Origin: Macrostomum lignano
Taxonomy: Eukaryota
Length of the DNA stretch: 64,000 bases
Direction of reading: 5' to 3'
NCBI GenBank assembly: GCA_002269645.1
Contig: NIVC01002213.1
Location: 50,105-114,104, forward strand
Under the pieces are notes generated by a model, which did not search any database, was not told the origin of the DNA, and saw only the letters and a program-made list of their open reading frames with translations. Positions 12,086-37,939 of the stretch are shown in pieces. The first letter of the stretch is position 1. Every line of letters begins with the position of its first letter. A program made the translations under genes and the position numbers.

Positions 12086-13237
12086 TGTGTCGATAAATGT
12101 TTTGTAAAAAGTTCCGTAGGAATGTTTCGACGAAAGTTCTGCTTGTACTTTGGTTCCAGCTATATAGAGACGCTGCTAGCAAAGCTTGTTTGCAGCAAAT
12201 TTCTTAAGCTCTGGGCCCCTCACAGATCTGCGCCTCGGGTTTTTGAGTCGGTCGCTAGGCGCCATAAAACTTGGTTTTAGAAAGGCGAAAATTTCTCACC
12301 TGCTTCGGCCAGTCGACTTCGCTTCGCCTGGGTAAATTTGTTTAGATTTTATTGCCCCCGCTGACCCTCACCCGCTGAGAATTCACTCCCAGCTCGGGGC
12401 ACCGTGAGAATCCAATTTCTGACTTAAGAGAGACTTTAATTGATAGACTGCTAAAATGGCCCTTAGAAAGACCCCGCTGGGCCACACACCACTTCAGCCC
12501 GCCGCCCCGCAACCTCTCCACAGGCTCAGTCCAGTCTCGCACGTCAAGTGGCCCGCATTTGGCTTAGGGGCTCAGGTTGCTCGTGCCCGTGTTTTAGGGC
12601 CGTCTAAAGCTTCATCTCTTCTCTCCGCCTGCTTCCCGCGACTGCGGCCCGGCCAGCTCTCGTCCATACAAATAGGCTCTTCTCTCTCCCTCCATTTCCC
12701 CACCTCAGAGAGCCCTGCCTGCCTCCCTAGGCTGTATCGCGCATGCAGCCCCGGCTGCAGCAAGTCTTCATTGCACTGGCGCTGTTCCTCCCTGGCTCCA
12801 GCTGTCTTGATAGGCTTGCGGTGGTAGGTTTGCACGGCTGCTCTCTGCATTTCATGGGCACGAATGAGAAAGAGTCACGCGCGCGACAAGAAACCGTTTT
12901 GGCCTCTCACCTGTACCTGTGCCTCACCTGGCTTGCTTGCTCTGTAGCTCACCTCAACTCTAAGCTCCTATAGCGAACAGCCAGCCTCAAAGCTCCAAAC
13001 AGCGCGGCCTTTACTGTACCGCCCACCCCGACCTCCACCAGGCGACCGCCCTGCGTCACTGTTCTCTCTCCACTTGTCTCAACTCCCTCATATTAGCGCC
13101 AATCTAACGGCCCCGAGACCCCCTCGAGACGCAACGCGAAGCGCTCAAGAGGCCAGCTGCACTTCTCGTTGGCTTTCCTGACGCGGCAGAGAAGCAACTC
13201 CGGAGGTGCGAAACCTCCGCGTGCATCGCTCGTGGCG

Positions 13238-14605
13238 ATGCCGCCGCCTCGCCGGCCGCAGGCTCCGGGCAGCGCCGGCAGCCTGCAGTCACAGCAGCCG
13301 CAGCGGGTGTTTGAGATCCCGGCCTGCGCCCGGCACCACCTGTCTCCGCAGCGCCGGCGGGAGGCCGACCGCACCGAACTGGAGACGGCCAACGCCGCCT
13401 ACCGCATCGTGGCGCGCATCGGCGAGGGCAGCTTCGGGACCACCTACCTGGCCCGCATCGAGTGTGCCAAGCGGCTGAGCCGCCTCCAGGCTCACGAGGA
13501 CATGCCGCTGTCCCCAACATCCGTCAAGGACCAGCGCCAGCTGCTCGCCCTCATGCAAGGCAGCTCAGTGGTGGTCAAAGAAATCAAAACTGCGACTGGC
13601 GACTCCCGCGAAGCCGAAGCCGCCGCGCTGAACTCCAAGACGCTGGAGATTCACGGCCGCACCCTGGAATCGATGGATATCGTGAAGAGCATTGCGCACA
13701 TTCAGCACTGCGACCACCCTTTCATCGCTAGGCTGCTGGACTCGCAGTACGCGCTCACCACGCACGACACGCCCTTCGAGGTCTACGAGTACTACGCTGT
13801 CGGGGACGCCATGCGGCTGCTGCGCTACATATCGGTGGACACGGAAGAGACCAACAGCAAGCACCGGGAAGCCACCTTTCTGCAGGCCAGCTCGCTCTAC
13901 CTGGCCCTGCAGGTGGCCGAGGCCCTGGCTTACCTACACGAGTCCGGCTTTATCCACTTTGACCTCAAGATGGACAACGTGTTTGTGGACGAGTTCGGCG
14001 ACGCCAAGCTGGGCGACTTCGGCCTGGCCAAGCCATGCCGGCTGGGCCGCAAAATGGAAAACCCGTACTACTACTGGGGCAGCCGCTGCGACCCCGGCAC
14101 CTTCATGTCCGTGCGCTGGGTGCCGCCTGAGCAGCTGGACGAGTCGGGCGGCTCGGTGGACCACTCGGCGGACTGGTTCGGCCTCGGAGCGCTGCTCTTC
14201 AACATGCTCTACGGCCGGCTGCCGTTCGATGAGCACAAGCGCCAGGCGCTGGCGGCGGCTCCGGCGGGCGGCGAGGACCCGCAGCTGACCAAGCGGCGCT
14301 ACCTGCGACTTTGGCGCGCCGCTCCCAGGCCGAAGGTTGAAGAGCGGCCGAAGCTCAACCAGCGTACGAAGAACCTGCTGTACAACCTGCTGGCCTTCGA
14401 GCCGGCCGCCAGGCTGGGCAGCGGCGGCTGCGGGGAGGTCTTCGCCAGGCTGCACGCCCTGTGCGCGGATCTCGGCCTGCGCTGGTTCGACGCTCTCGGA
14501 AGCGGCGGCGGCGGCGGACCTGACATCGACCGGATGCGCCGGATGCTCCGACGCGGCGAGGTACCGCGGCCTTATCGCATCAAGCTGCAGCAGAAACGAG
14601 CTTGA
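13238..14605 (+). CDS. Intronless atypical Ser/Thr protein kinase, AGC-like C-lobe, 455 aa from first ATG
   Basis: GEGSFGTTY, VVVKE, HFDLKMDN, DFG, RWVPPE, DWFGLGALLFNMLYGRLPF and RLGSGG. High GC3. Confidence 0.92.
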   Translation: MPPPRRPQAPGSAGSLQSQQPQRVFEIPACARHHLSPQRRREADRTELETANAAYRIVARIGEGSFGTTYLARIECAKRLSRLQAHEDMPLSPTSVKDQRQLLALMQGSSVVVKEIKTATGDSREAEAAALNSKTLEIHGRTLESMDIVKSIAHIQHCDHPFIARLLDSQYALTTHDTPFEVYEYYAVGDAMRLLRYISVDTEETNSKHREATFLQASSLYLALQVAEALAYLHESGFIHFDLKMDNVFVDEFGDAKLGDFGLAKPCRLGRKMENPYYYWGSRCDPGTFMSVRWVPPEQLDESGGSVDHSADWFGLGALLFNMLYGRLPFDEHKRQALAAAPAGGEDPQLTKRRYLRLWRAAPRPKVEERPKLNQRTKNLLYNLLAFEPAARLGSGGCGEVFARLHALCADLGLRWFDALGSGGGGGPDIDRMRRMLRRGEVPRPYRIKLQQKRA

Positions 14606-14929
14606 GCTGCCCGTCACGCTGACTCACGCATGACCAATGCAGACCCAACTGAACTTATCCCCTCGGTCTATTCTCTCATTCACCAGCTCTTCACCTGTCC
14701 GAGACCGACCCACCGGTGAGCCATCCGGGATCAAGATGATCAAAGTATCCCAAGCCAACCTTCTCTGCTGCTTGGTCAGTCATCCCCGGCATTGGTCGCG
14801 TTCTCTGCGTGCAAGAAAACCTCTCTTCTGTTCTCTTGCTCTTGAGCAGCTTCAAATCTTATCTAATCTCTCTAAATTATTCCTGCGCAATTTAACTAGC
14901 GATTCTAGCTGACCAAATCTCTGCTCCTT

Positions 14930-15680
14930 CTCAGTCTCACCCGGAATCTCCCCAGCCCCCTCTCCCCCTCCTCCCCAGTCTCACCCCGGAATCTCCCCAG
15001 CCCCCTCTCCCCCTCCTCCCCAGTCTCACCCCGGAATCTCCCCAGCCCCCTCTCCCCCTCCTTTCCAGCCTCACCCCAGAATCTCCCAGCGCCCTCTCCC
15101 CCTCCTCCCCAGTCTCACCCCGGAATCTCCCCAGTCCCGCTCCCCTCCTCCCCAGCCCCGCTCCCTCCTCCCCAGCCCCGCTCCCCTCCTCCCCAGCCCC
15201 GCTCCCCTCCTCCCCAGCCCCGCTCCCCTCCTCCCCAGCCCCGCTCCCCTCCTCCCCAGCCCGCTCCCCTCCTCCCCAGCCCCGCTCCCCTCCTCCCCAG
15301 CCTCACCCCAGAATCTCCCCAGCCCCGATCCCCCTCCTCCCCAGTCTCACCCCGGAATCTCTCCAGCTCCGCTCCTCCATCTCCCCAGCCTCACCCAGAA
15401 TCTCCCCAGCCCGCTCCCCTCCTCCCCAGCCCTGCTCCCCTCCTCCCCAGCCTCACCCCGAATCTCCCCAGCCCCGACCCCCTCCCCAGTCTCACCCCGG
15501 AATCTCCCCAGCCCCGCTCCTCCATCTCCCCAGTCTCACCCCGGAATCTCCCCAGCCCCGCTCCTCCATCTCCCCAGTCTCACCCGGAATCTCTCCAGCT
15601 CCGCTCCTCCATCTACCCAGCCTAACCCCAGAATCTCCCCAGCCCCCTCTCCCCCTCCTCCCCAGTCTCACCCCCAGCCG
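14930..15680. repeat. C-rich compound minisatellite (about 21-22-bp modules CCCCAGCCCCGCTCCCCTCCT and CCCCAGTCTCACCCCGGAATCT)
   Basis: Read directly. G-runs lie on the minus strand. Confidence 0.92.
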
Positions 15681-16359
15681 TCATCTGCAGCGCACTGCAG
15701 ATTCTGGCCAGACCAGAAATCCTCTTCATCAAGTTGACACGGGAGAGCGGATCCTCCTGATGTCAGGGGAGTGACAGGGGAAGAGCTGCCGCTGCACTAA
15801 TGATTAATCGTTTGTTGATGCGGGCCCTGTGAGGAGAGGCAGCAAGCAGCCTTTAATTAACTGAAACTCTCGAGGGGATCTCAATTTTTGCCGCAATTCG
15901 GGAAAACAACCTAACCGACATCTATGCGTGGGATTTTTAGTTTAAAGTTTTTTAAAACTCCCTACCACAGATTCCCGAACGGTTTAGGCCGCCCACACCT
16001 CCCGGGCCCAGGTGCAAATCCAGCCTCATTTTGATCCCCGAGCAGATTGAGGTTTTTCATCTGCCAATTCCTCTCTTCTATTTCTCGCCTGTCTAAAATA
16101 AAGCTTATTTTTTAATGCTGCAGCTCCGCGGTTTCTGAATGCACTGCGCTCTGTACTCTAGCCGCTCCCTGCTCAGAAAACAAAGGACGCTTTGCTAGTC
16201 CAAAAGCAAGCTGAGCTGCACAGAGCAGCCTTGGGTTGTCATTGTTCTTTTTTGCTTTTTACCTTATATATTCTCATTGATTGTTCTCAGCCGTCTGCTG
16301 CTCTCTCCTGCCATTGAGGCTGCAAACTCAGATTGATCGATGCAGCACTTGGAACTGAG

Positions 16360-17250
16360 GCTCAGCTGGCGTGTCTGGCTGCTAAATCTGACACTAGCCT
16401 GAGCTCAGCTGGCGTGTCTGGCTGCTAAATCTGACACTAGCCTGAACTCAACTTGCGTGTCTGACTGCTAAATCTGACACTAGCCTTAACTCAGATTGCG
16501 TGTCTGACTGCTAAATCTGACACTAGCCTGAGCTCAGCTGGCATGTCTGACTGCTAAATCTGACACTAGCCTGAGCTCAGCTGGCATGTCTGACTGCTAA
16601 ATCTGACACTAGCCTGAGCTCAGCTGGCGTGTCTGGCTGCTAAATCTGACACTAGCCTGAGCTCAGCTGGCATGTCTGACTGCTAAATCTGACACTAGCC
16701 TGAACTCAGATTGCGTGTCTGGCTGCTAAATCTGACACTAGCCTTACCTCAGCTGGCGTGTCTGGCTGCTAAATCTGACACTAGCCTGAGCTCAGCTGGC
16801 ATGTCTGACTGCTAAATCTGACACTAGCCTGAGCTCAGCTGGCGTGTCTGGCTGCTAAATCTGACACTAGCCTGAGCTCAGCTGGCGTGTCTGGCTGCTA
16901 AATCTGACACTAGCCTGAGCTCAGCTGGCGTGTCTGGCTGCTAAATCTGACACTAGCCTGAGCTCAGCTGGCATGTCTGACTGCTAAATCTGACACTAGC
17001 CTGAGCTCAGCTGGCGTGTCTGGCTGCTAAATCTGACACTAGCCTGAGCTCAGCTGGCATGTCTGACTGCTAAATCTGACACTAGCCTGAGCTCAGCTGG
17101 CGTGTCTGGCTGCTAAATCTGACACTAGCCTTAACTCAGCTGGCATGTCTGACTGCTAAATCTGACACTAGCCTGAGCTCAGCTGGCGTGTCTGGCTGCT
17201 AAATCTGACACTAGCCTGAGCTCAGCTGGCATGTCTGACTGCTAAATCTG
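16360..17250. repeat. 43-bp minisatellite (GAGCTCAGCTGGCGTGTCTGGCTGCTAAATCTGACACTAGCCT)
   Basis: About 20 copies; period confirmed at 16831/16874. Confidence 0.96.
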
Positions 17251-17919
17251 ATCTGACAAAGCCCAACAAAAATTTGGTGGATGTTTATGAATTTTGTGTG
17301 CCTGCGGTGCTCCGTTCTGGCGCAGCAGAAACTATTGGGGCAGAATCCCTCAGTATAAAAGGGGCGCAGAAACGGGGCTGGTGTTGCTACAGCTGATCCC
17401 TCAAGCAAATTCAACCAGAATTGGATTCTGAAGATTTTCCAGCTGCCAGAAATAGATGATGGATTGGCCGCCAGCAGTGAGGGGCGATAAGCCGGTCTCA
17501 GGAGAATCGCCCTGCACAAAACGGTGAATATTTCTGTATCGACTTTTTCAAGGAGAAGTCGCAGAAATTAATTTTTCGAGACATTTTTCCCAACTAGCTG
17601 AGCAGAGATGAGAGCGGTCGCAGCAACCGCGGAGAGCAAATTGGGCTCCTAGACTGGCTTACAAGAAAAAAGTGCTCAACTCTCTGCATAAGCGGCTGTA
17701 CTTCGATCCTAAAGTGAGGTATTAATCTACTCTACTGTTAGTAGATCGAAAGCGTTGGAAAATCCATGGAATTTCTGGGAGTGAGAGCCCAGCCAAAAAG
17801 CATAGGGAATTAAGTTCGCAGGTCTGAGTTCTCTTTGGCTCATTGAGAATTCAATTATTTCTGCTCGTTCAGAAATCAAAGTAGATTTGCCACACTTAAA
17901 GTGGTTTCTGAGTTGAGCA

Positions 17920-18485
17920 ATGCTTACTGAAATAAGAACTGCTAACTGAACTAAGAACTGCTAACTGAGCTGAGCAGTGCTTACTGAACTAAGAACTGCT
18001 TACTGAACTAAGAACTGCTTACTGAACTAAGAACTGCTTACTGAACTAAGAACTGCTAACTGAACTGAGCAGTGCTTACTTAACTGAGCAGTGCTTACTT
18101 AACTGAGCAGTGCTTACTGAACTGAGTAGTGCTTACTGAGCTGAGCAGTGCTTACTAAGCTGAGCAGTGCTTACTGAACTGAGCAGTGCTTACTGAACTG
18201 AGCAGTGCTTACTGAACTGAGCAGTGCTTATTGAGCTGGGCAGTGCTTACTGAACTGAGCAGTGCTTACTGAACTGAGCAGTGCTTATTGAGCTGAGCAG
18301 TGCTTACTGAGCTGAGCAGTGCTTATTGAGCTGAGCAGTGCTTACTGAACTGAGCAGTGCTTACTTAACTGAGCAGTGCTTACTGAACTGAGTAGTGCTT
18401 ACTGAGCTGAGCAGTGCTTACTAAGCTGAGCAGTGCTTACTGAACTGAGCAGTGCTTACTGAACTGAGCAGTGCTTACTGAGCAG
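17920..18485. repeat. 19-bp minisatellite, two related unit types (TAAGAACTGCTTACTGAAC then TGAGCAGTGCTTACTGAAC)
   Basis: Read directly. Confidence 0.95.
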
Positions 18486-19039
18486 AGCTCATTATACAAC
18501 TGATACAGGTGGGTTAGCTCATTTAAAAAAGATCCAAATGAAAAAGCAAGCATGCCTTGCAACCCTCCCTTCTCTGAGTCCCCCAATGCCGCCTTCAAGG
18601 CACCCGCAAGCCTTGAGTGCAGCAGCGAGAGCTCAGCCCACTCTGAAACTGCGGCCCATCGAAGCATACCGATCGAAAACAGTTCTAGCGCTGAGAAAAT
18701 GCTCCACTTTGCATCGATTGAAACTATGTGAGGCAGCTCTCATTCTCAAATCTCCGAACTCTAATAGTTCACTTCCCGACTAACTAGGAGAAATGAGTGA
18801 GCCAGGCACTGCGGCAGGGGCTTCAGCGAGATGCGCACTGCAGCGGAGAAAGCGGCGAAAGAGATCACATGAGCGACGACAGGTCCGGGTCGAATCCCAG
18901 TGCCAGGTCACTCAGTTCGCAGGACATCTGGCCGTCCTCTCCGCACGTCTCCCGGCCTCTGTCGCCGGGAGATTGCGATAATGATACCTGTGCCAGCTGG
19001 CTTTTTCCATTCCGTTTGCCCTGAAGTTCTCGGGAGTTG

Positions 19040-19325
19040 CCGGTGCTGTACCTAGATCTGAAAGCTTGTGCTCATTCTTTACTGGATCTGCAGGTGCTGT
19101 AACCTAGATCTCAGAGCCTGTGCTCATTCTTTACTGGATCTGCAGGTGCTGTAACCCAGATCTCAGAGCCTGTGCTCATTCTGTATCGGATCTGCAGGTG
19201 CTGTAACCCAGATCTCAGAGCCTGTGCTCATTCTGTATCGGATCTGCAGGTGCTGTAACCCAGATCTCAGAGCCTGTGCTCATTCTGTATCGGATCTGCA
19301 GGTGCTGTAACCCAGATCTCAGAGA
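19040..19325. repeat. 52-bp minisatellite, about 5 copies
   Basis: GCAGGTGCTGTAACCCAGATCTCAGAGCCTGTGCTCATTCTGTATCGGATCT; period 19090/19142. Confidence 0.93.
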
Positions 19326-19677
19326 TATTCTCCTGCTCTTGAGCCCAGTTTTAATCCCTTTTCTAATGAAGTCTTGAGTCAAAAGCCTTTCGAAATTTTC
19401 TAACCAATGGTAAACTCAATGCTCTGAAATATGAGCGACGCAAATAATCCGAATCTCTTTAAGAAAGCAAACTTCGACAACAAGCGAGATCTGAAGTCGG
19501 CAATGCACCGCCTTATTAGAGATTAGAGAAAACTATCCGACTCCGTTTGATGAGCCTGCCCCCCCCCCCCCCCTATTTTTATCCGCTCTTCTATGCACGG
19601 CTTGCTTGTAAGCTGCGGGACTCAAGTTCGCTGTTCTATGCCCCCCGATTGCAGTTGAGAAGCAAGTAGAAAATACA

Positions 19678-22600
19678 TCAGGCTCACTGCAGGCTCACTG
19701 CAGCACCTCAGGCACAGGCTCACTGCAGAACCTCAGGCACAGGCTCACTGCAGCACCTCAGGCACAGGCTCACTGCAGCACCTCAGGCACAGGCTCACTG
19801 CAGCACCTCAGGCACCGGCTCACTGCAGCACCTCAGGCACCGGCTCACTGCAGGCTCACTGCAAGCTCACTGCAGGCTCACTGCAGCACCTCAGGCACAG
19901 GCTCACTGCAGAACCTCAGGAACAGGCTCACTGCAGCACCTCAGGCACAGGCTCACTGCAGCACCTCAGGCACAGGCTCACTGCAGGCTCACTGCAGGCT
20001 CACTGCAGGCTCACTGCAGGCTCACTGCAGGCTCACTGCAGCACCTCAGGCACCGGCTCACTGCAGCACCTCAGGCACCGGCTCACTGCAGGCTCACTGC
20101 AGGCTCACTGCAGGCTCACTGCAGCACCTCAGGCACAGGCTCACTGCAGAACCTCAGGCACCGGCTCACTGCAGCACCTCAGGCACAGGCTCACTGCAGA
20201 ACCTCAGGCACAGGCTCACTGCAGCACCTCAGGCACCGGCTCACTGCAGCACCTCAGGCACAGGCTCACTGCAGCACCTCAGGCAAAGGCTCACTGCAGC
20301 ACCTCAGGCACAGGCTCACTGCAGCACCTCAGGCACAGGCTCACTGCAGGCTCACTGCAGGCTCACTGCAGGCTCACTGCAGCACCTCAGGCACAGGCTC
20401 ACTGCAGAACCTCAGGCACAGGCTCACTGCAGCACCTCAGGCACCGGCTCACTGCAGCACCTCAGGCACCGGCTCACTGCAGGCACACTGCAGCACCTCA
20501 GGCAAAGGCTCACTGCAGCACCTCAGGCACAGGCTCACTGCAGAACCTCAGGCACCGGCTCACTGCAGAACCTCAGGCACAGGCTCACTGCAGCACCTCA
20601 GGCACCGGCTCACTGCAGCACCTCAGGCACAGGCTCACTGCAGCACCTCAGGCACCGGCTCACTGCAGCACCTCAGGCACCGGCTCACTGCAGCACCTCA
20701 GGCACAGGCTCACTGCAGAACCTCAGGCACAGGCTCACTGCAGCACCTCAGGCACAGGCTCACTGCAGCACCTGAGGCACAGGCTCACTGCAGCACCTCA
20801 GGCACCGGCTCACTGCAGCACCTCAGGCACAGGCTCACTGCAGCACCTCAGGCACAGGCTCACTGCAGCACCTCAGGCACAGGCTCACTGCAGCACCTCA
20901 GGCACAGGCTCACTGCAGCACCTCAGGCACAGGCTCACTGCAGCACCTCAGGCACAGGCTCACTGCAGCACCTCAGGCACAGGCTCACTGCAAAACCTCA
21001 GGCACAGGCTCACTGCAGCACCTCAGGCACAGGCTCACTGCAGCACCTCAGGCACCGGCTCACCGCAGCACCTCAGGCACCGGCTCACTGCAGGCTCACT
21101 GCAGCACCTCAGGCAAAGGCTCACTGCAGCACCTCAGGCACCGGCTCACTGCAGCACCTCAGGCACCGGCTCACTGCAGCACCTCAGGCACAGGCTCACT
21201 GCAGGCTCACTGCAGCACCTCAGGCACAGGCTCACTGCAGCACCTCAGGCACCGGCTCACTGCAGCACCTCAGGCACCGGCTCACTGCAGAACCTCAGGC
21301 ACAGGCTCACTGCAGAACCTCAGGCACAGGCTCACTGCAGCACCTCAGGCACAGGCTCACTGCAGCACCTCAGGCACAGGCTCACTGCAGCACCTCAGGC
21401 ACCGGCTCACTGCAGCACCTCAGGCACCGGCTCACTGCAGAACCTCAGGCACAGGCTCACTGCAGAACCTCAGGCACAGGCTCACTGCAGGCTCACTGCA
21501 GCACCTCAGGCCCAGGCTCACTGCTGCACCTCAGGCACAGGCTCACTGCAGCACCTCAGGCACAGGCTCACTGCAGAACCTCAGGCACCGGCTCACTGCA
21601 GGCTCACTGCAGGCTCACTGCAGGCTCACTGCAGCACCTCAGGCACAGGCTCACTGCAGAACCTCAGGCACAGGCTCACTGCAGCACCTCAGGCACCGGC
21701 TCACTGCAGCACCTCAGGCACAGGCTCACTGCAGCACCTCAGGCACAGGCTCACTGCAGCACCTCAGGCACAGGCTCACTGCAGGCTCACTGCAGCACCT
21801 CAGGCAAAGGCTCACTGCAGCACCTCAGGCACAGGCTCACTGCAGAACCTCAGGCACCGGCTCACTGCAGAACCTCAGGCACAGGCTCACTGCAGCACCT
21901 CAGGCACAGGCTCACTGCAGCACCTCAGGCACCGGCTCACTGCAGCACCTCAGGCACAGGCTCACTGCAGCACCTCAGGCACCGGCTCACTGCAGCACCT
22001 CAGGCACAGGCTCACTGCAGGCTCACTGCAGCACCTCAGGCCCAGGCTCACTGCTGCACCTCAGGCACAGGCTCACTGCAGCACCTCAGGCACAGGCTCA
22101 CTGCAGCACCTCAGGCACCGGCTCACTGCAGGCTCACTGCAGGCTCACTGCAGGCTCACTGCAGCACCTCAGGCACAGGCTCACTGCAGAACCTCAGGCA
22201 CAGGCTCACTGCAGCACCTCAGGCACCGGCTCACTGCAGCACCTTAGGCACCGGCTCACTGCAGCACCTCAGGCACAGGCTCACTGCAGCACCTCAGGCA
22301 CAGGCTCACTGCAGCACCTCAGGCACCGGCTCACTGCAGCACCTCAGGCACCGGCTCACTGCAGCACCTCAGGCACAGGCTCACTGCAGCACCTCAGGCA
22401 CCGGCTCACTGCAGCACCTCAGGCACCGGCTCACTGCAGCACCTCAGGCACAGGCTCACTGCAGCACCTCAGGCACAGGCTCACTGCAGCACCTCAGGCA
22501 CCGGCTCACTGCAGCACCTCAGGCACCGGCTCACTGCAGGCTCACTGCAGCACCTCAGGCACAGGCTCACTGCAGCACCTCAGGCACAGGCTCACTGCAG

Positions 22601-24625
22601 CACCTCAGGCACAGGCTCACTGCAGCACCTCAGGCACAGGCTCACTGCAAAACCTCAGGCACAGGCTCACTGCAGCACCTCAGGCACAGGCTCACTGCAG
22701 CACCTCAGGCACCGGCTCACTGCAGCACCTCAGGCACCGGCTCACTGCAGGCTCACTGCAGCACCTCAGGCAAAGGCTCACTGCAGCACCTCAGGCACCG
22801 GCTCACTGCAGCACCTCAGGCACCGGCTCACTGCAGCACCTCAGGCACAGGCTCACTGCAGGCTCACTGCAGCACCTCAGGCACCGGCTCACTGCAGCAC
22901 CTCAGGCACCGGCTCACTGCAGCACCTCAGGCACCGGCTCACTGCAGAACCTCAGGCACAGGCTCACTGCAGAACCTCAGGCACAGGCTCACTGCAGCAC
23001 CTCAGGCACAGGCTCACTGCAGCACCTCAGGCACAGGCTCACTGCAGCACCTCAGGCACCGGCTCACTGCAGCACCTCAGGCACCGGCTCACTGCAGAAC
23101 CTCAGGCACAGGCTCACTGCAGAACCTCAGGCACAGGCTCACTGCAGGCTCACTGCAGCACCTCAGGCCCAGGCTCACTGCTGCACCTCAGGCACAGGCT
23201 CACTGCAGCACCTCAGGCACAGGCTCACTGCAGCACCTCAGGCACCGGCTCACTGCAGGCTCACTGCAGGCTCACTGCAGGCTCACTGCAGCACCTCAGG
23301 CACAGGCTCACTGCAGAACCTCAGGCACAGGCTCACTGCAGCACCTCAGGCACCGGCTCACTGCAGCACCTCAGGCACAGGCTCACTGCAGCACCTCAGG
23401 CACAGGCTCACTGCAGCACCTCAGGCACAGGCTCACTGCAGGCTCACTGCAGCACCTCAGGCAAAGGCTCACTGCAGCACCTCAGGCACAGGCTCACTGC
23501 AGAACCTCAGGCACCGGCTCACTGCAGAACCTCAGGCACAGGCTCACTGCAGCACCTCAGGCACAGGCTCACTGCAGCACCTCAGGCACCGGCTCACTGC
23601 AGCACCTCAGGCACAGGCTCACTGCAGCACCTCAGGCACCGGCTCACTGCAGCACCTCAGGCACCGGCTCACTGCAGGCTCACTGCAGCACCTCAGGCCC
23701 AGGCTCACTGCTGCACCTCAGGCACAGGCTCACTGCAGCACCTCAGGCACAGGCTCACTGCAGCACCTCAGGCACCGGCTCACTGCAGGCTCACTGCAGG
23801 CTCACTGCAGGCTCACTGCAGCACCTCAGGCACAGGCTCACTGCAGAACCTCAGGCACAGGCTCACTGCAGCACCTCAGGCACCGGCTCACTGCAGCACC
23901 TCAGGCACCGGCTCACTGCAGCACCTCAGGCACAGGCTCACTGCAGCACCTCAGGCACAGGCTCACTGCAGCACCTCAGGCACCGGCTCACTGCAGCACC
24001 TCAGGCACCGGCTCACTGCAGCACCTCAGGCACAGGCTCACTGCAGCACCTCAGGCACAGGCTCACTGCAGCACCTCAGGCACCGGCTCACTGCAGCACC
24101 TCAGGCACCGGCTCACTGCAGGCTCACTGCAGCACCTCAGGCACAGGCTCACTGCAGCACCTCAGGCACCGGCTCACTGCAGCACCTCAGGCACCGGCTC
24201 ACTGCAGGCTCACTGCAGGCTCACTGCAGGCTCACTGCAGCACCTCAGGCACAGGCTCACTGCAGAACCTCAGGCACAGGCTCACTGCAGAACCTCAGGC
24301 ACAGGCTCACTGCAGCACCTCAGGCACCGGCTCACTGCAGCACCTCAGGCACCGGCTCACTGCAGGCTCACTGCAGCACCTCAGGCACAGGCTCACTGCA
24401 GCACCTCAGGCACAGGCTCACTGCAGAACCTCAGGCACAGGCTCACTGCAGCACCTCAGGCACAGGCTCACTGCAGCACCTCAGGCACAGGCTCACTGCA
24501 GGCTCACTGCAGCACCTCAGGCACAGGCTCACTGCAGGCTCACTGCAGCACCTCAGGCACAGGCTCACTACAGAACCTCAGGCACAGGCTCACTGCAGCA
24601 CCTCAGGCACCGGCTCACTGCAAGC
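19678..24625. repeat. 5-kb satellite of 25-bp (AGGCTCACTGCAGCACCTCAGGCAC) and 11-bp (AGGCTCACTGC) units with higher-order structure
   Basis: Read directly. Rare variants recur at 1657-bp and 530-bp offsets. Confidence 0.97.
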
Positions 24626-24943
24626 CCAGGTAAAAAGATTACTAATAATCATGATCAAAGCAGAAGAGCTTTTCATGCAAAAGCATTTTTTAGCAGCCCC
24701 CCAGCGATCAGGCAAAGCAAAGAATCACAAAAGATGCAAAAGGCTCCTGTTCTGCAAAATTAGCTGTTGAGTTTGAATATTCTGTTAAGTATAATCTGGT
24801 TTATTAGTGTCTCTCATTACATTATCTCACAAAAGGCACTGTAGGTAATTAGAGAGTCACGATATGCCAACAGGAAAGCGTGGGACACGTGGATGTCAGC
24901 CTTTGCCAGCAACCGCAGCGAGCTGGCATCAGCAATATAATCA

Positions 24944-37939
<12,996 letters not shown>

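Noticed and set aside
13169-13237. TTG-initiated extension of the kinase ORF (similarly 9887 and 54008)
   Set aside because: These non-ATG starts are track artefacts for a eukaryote; the first ATG was used instead.
16360-17250. 30-49-bp direct repeats of CRISPR-like length (also 31110-31750, 32565-33975, 34798-35852, 44035-44725)
   Set aside because: Units are head-to-tail with no unique spacers, no cas genes are present, and the context is eukaryotic.
15663-18960. Two exon-like minus-strand patches (about 15663-15760 and 18865-18960, the latter ending ELSDLALGFDPDLSSLM*)
   Set aside because: They cannot be ordered into one gene and lack partner exons or homology; transcript data are needed.
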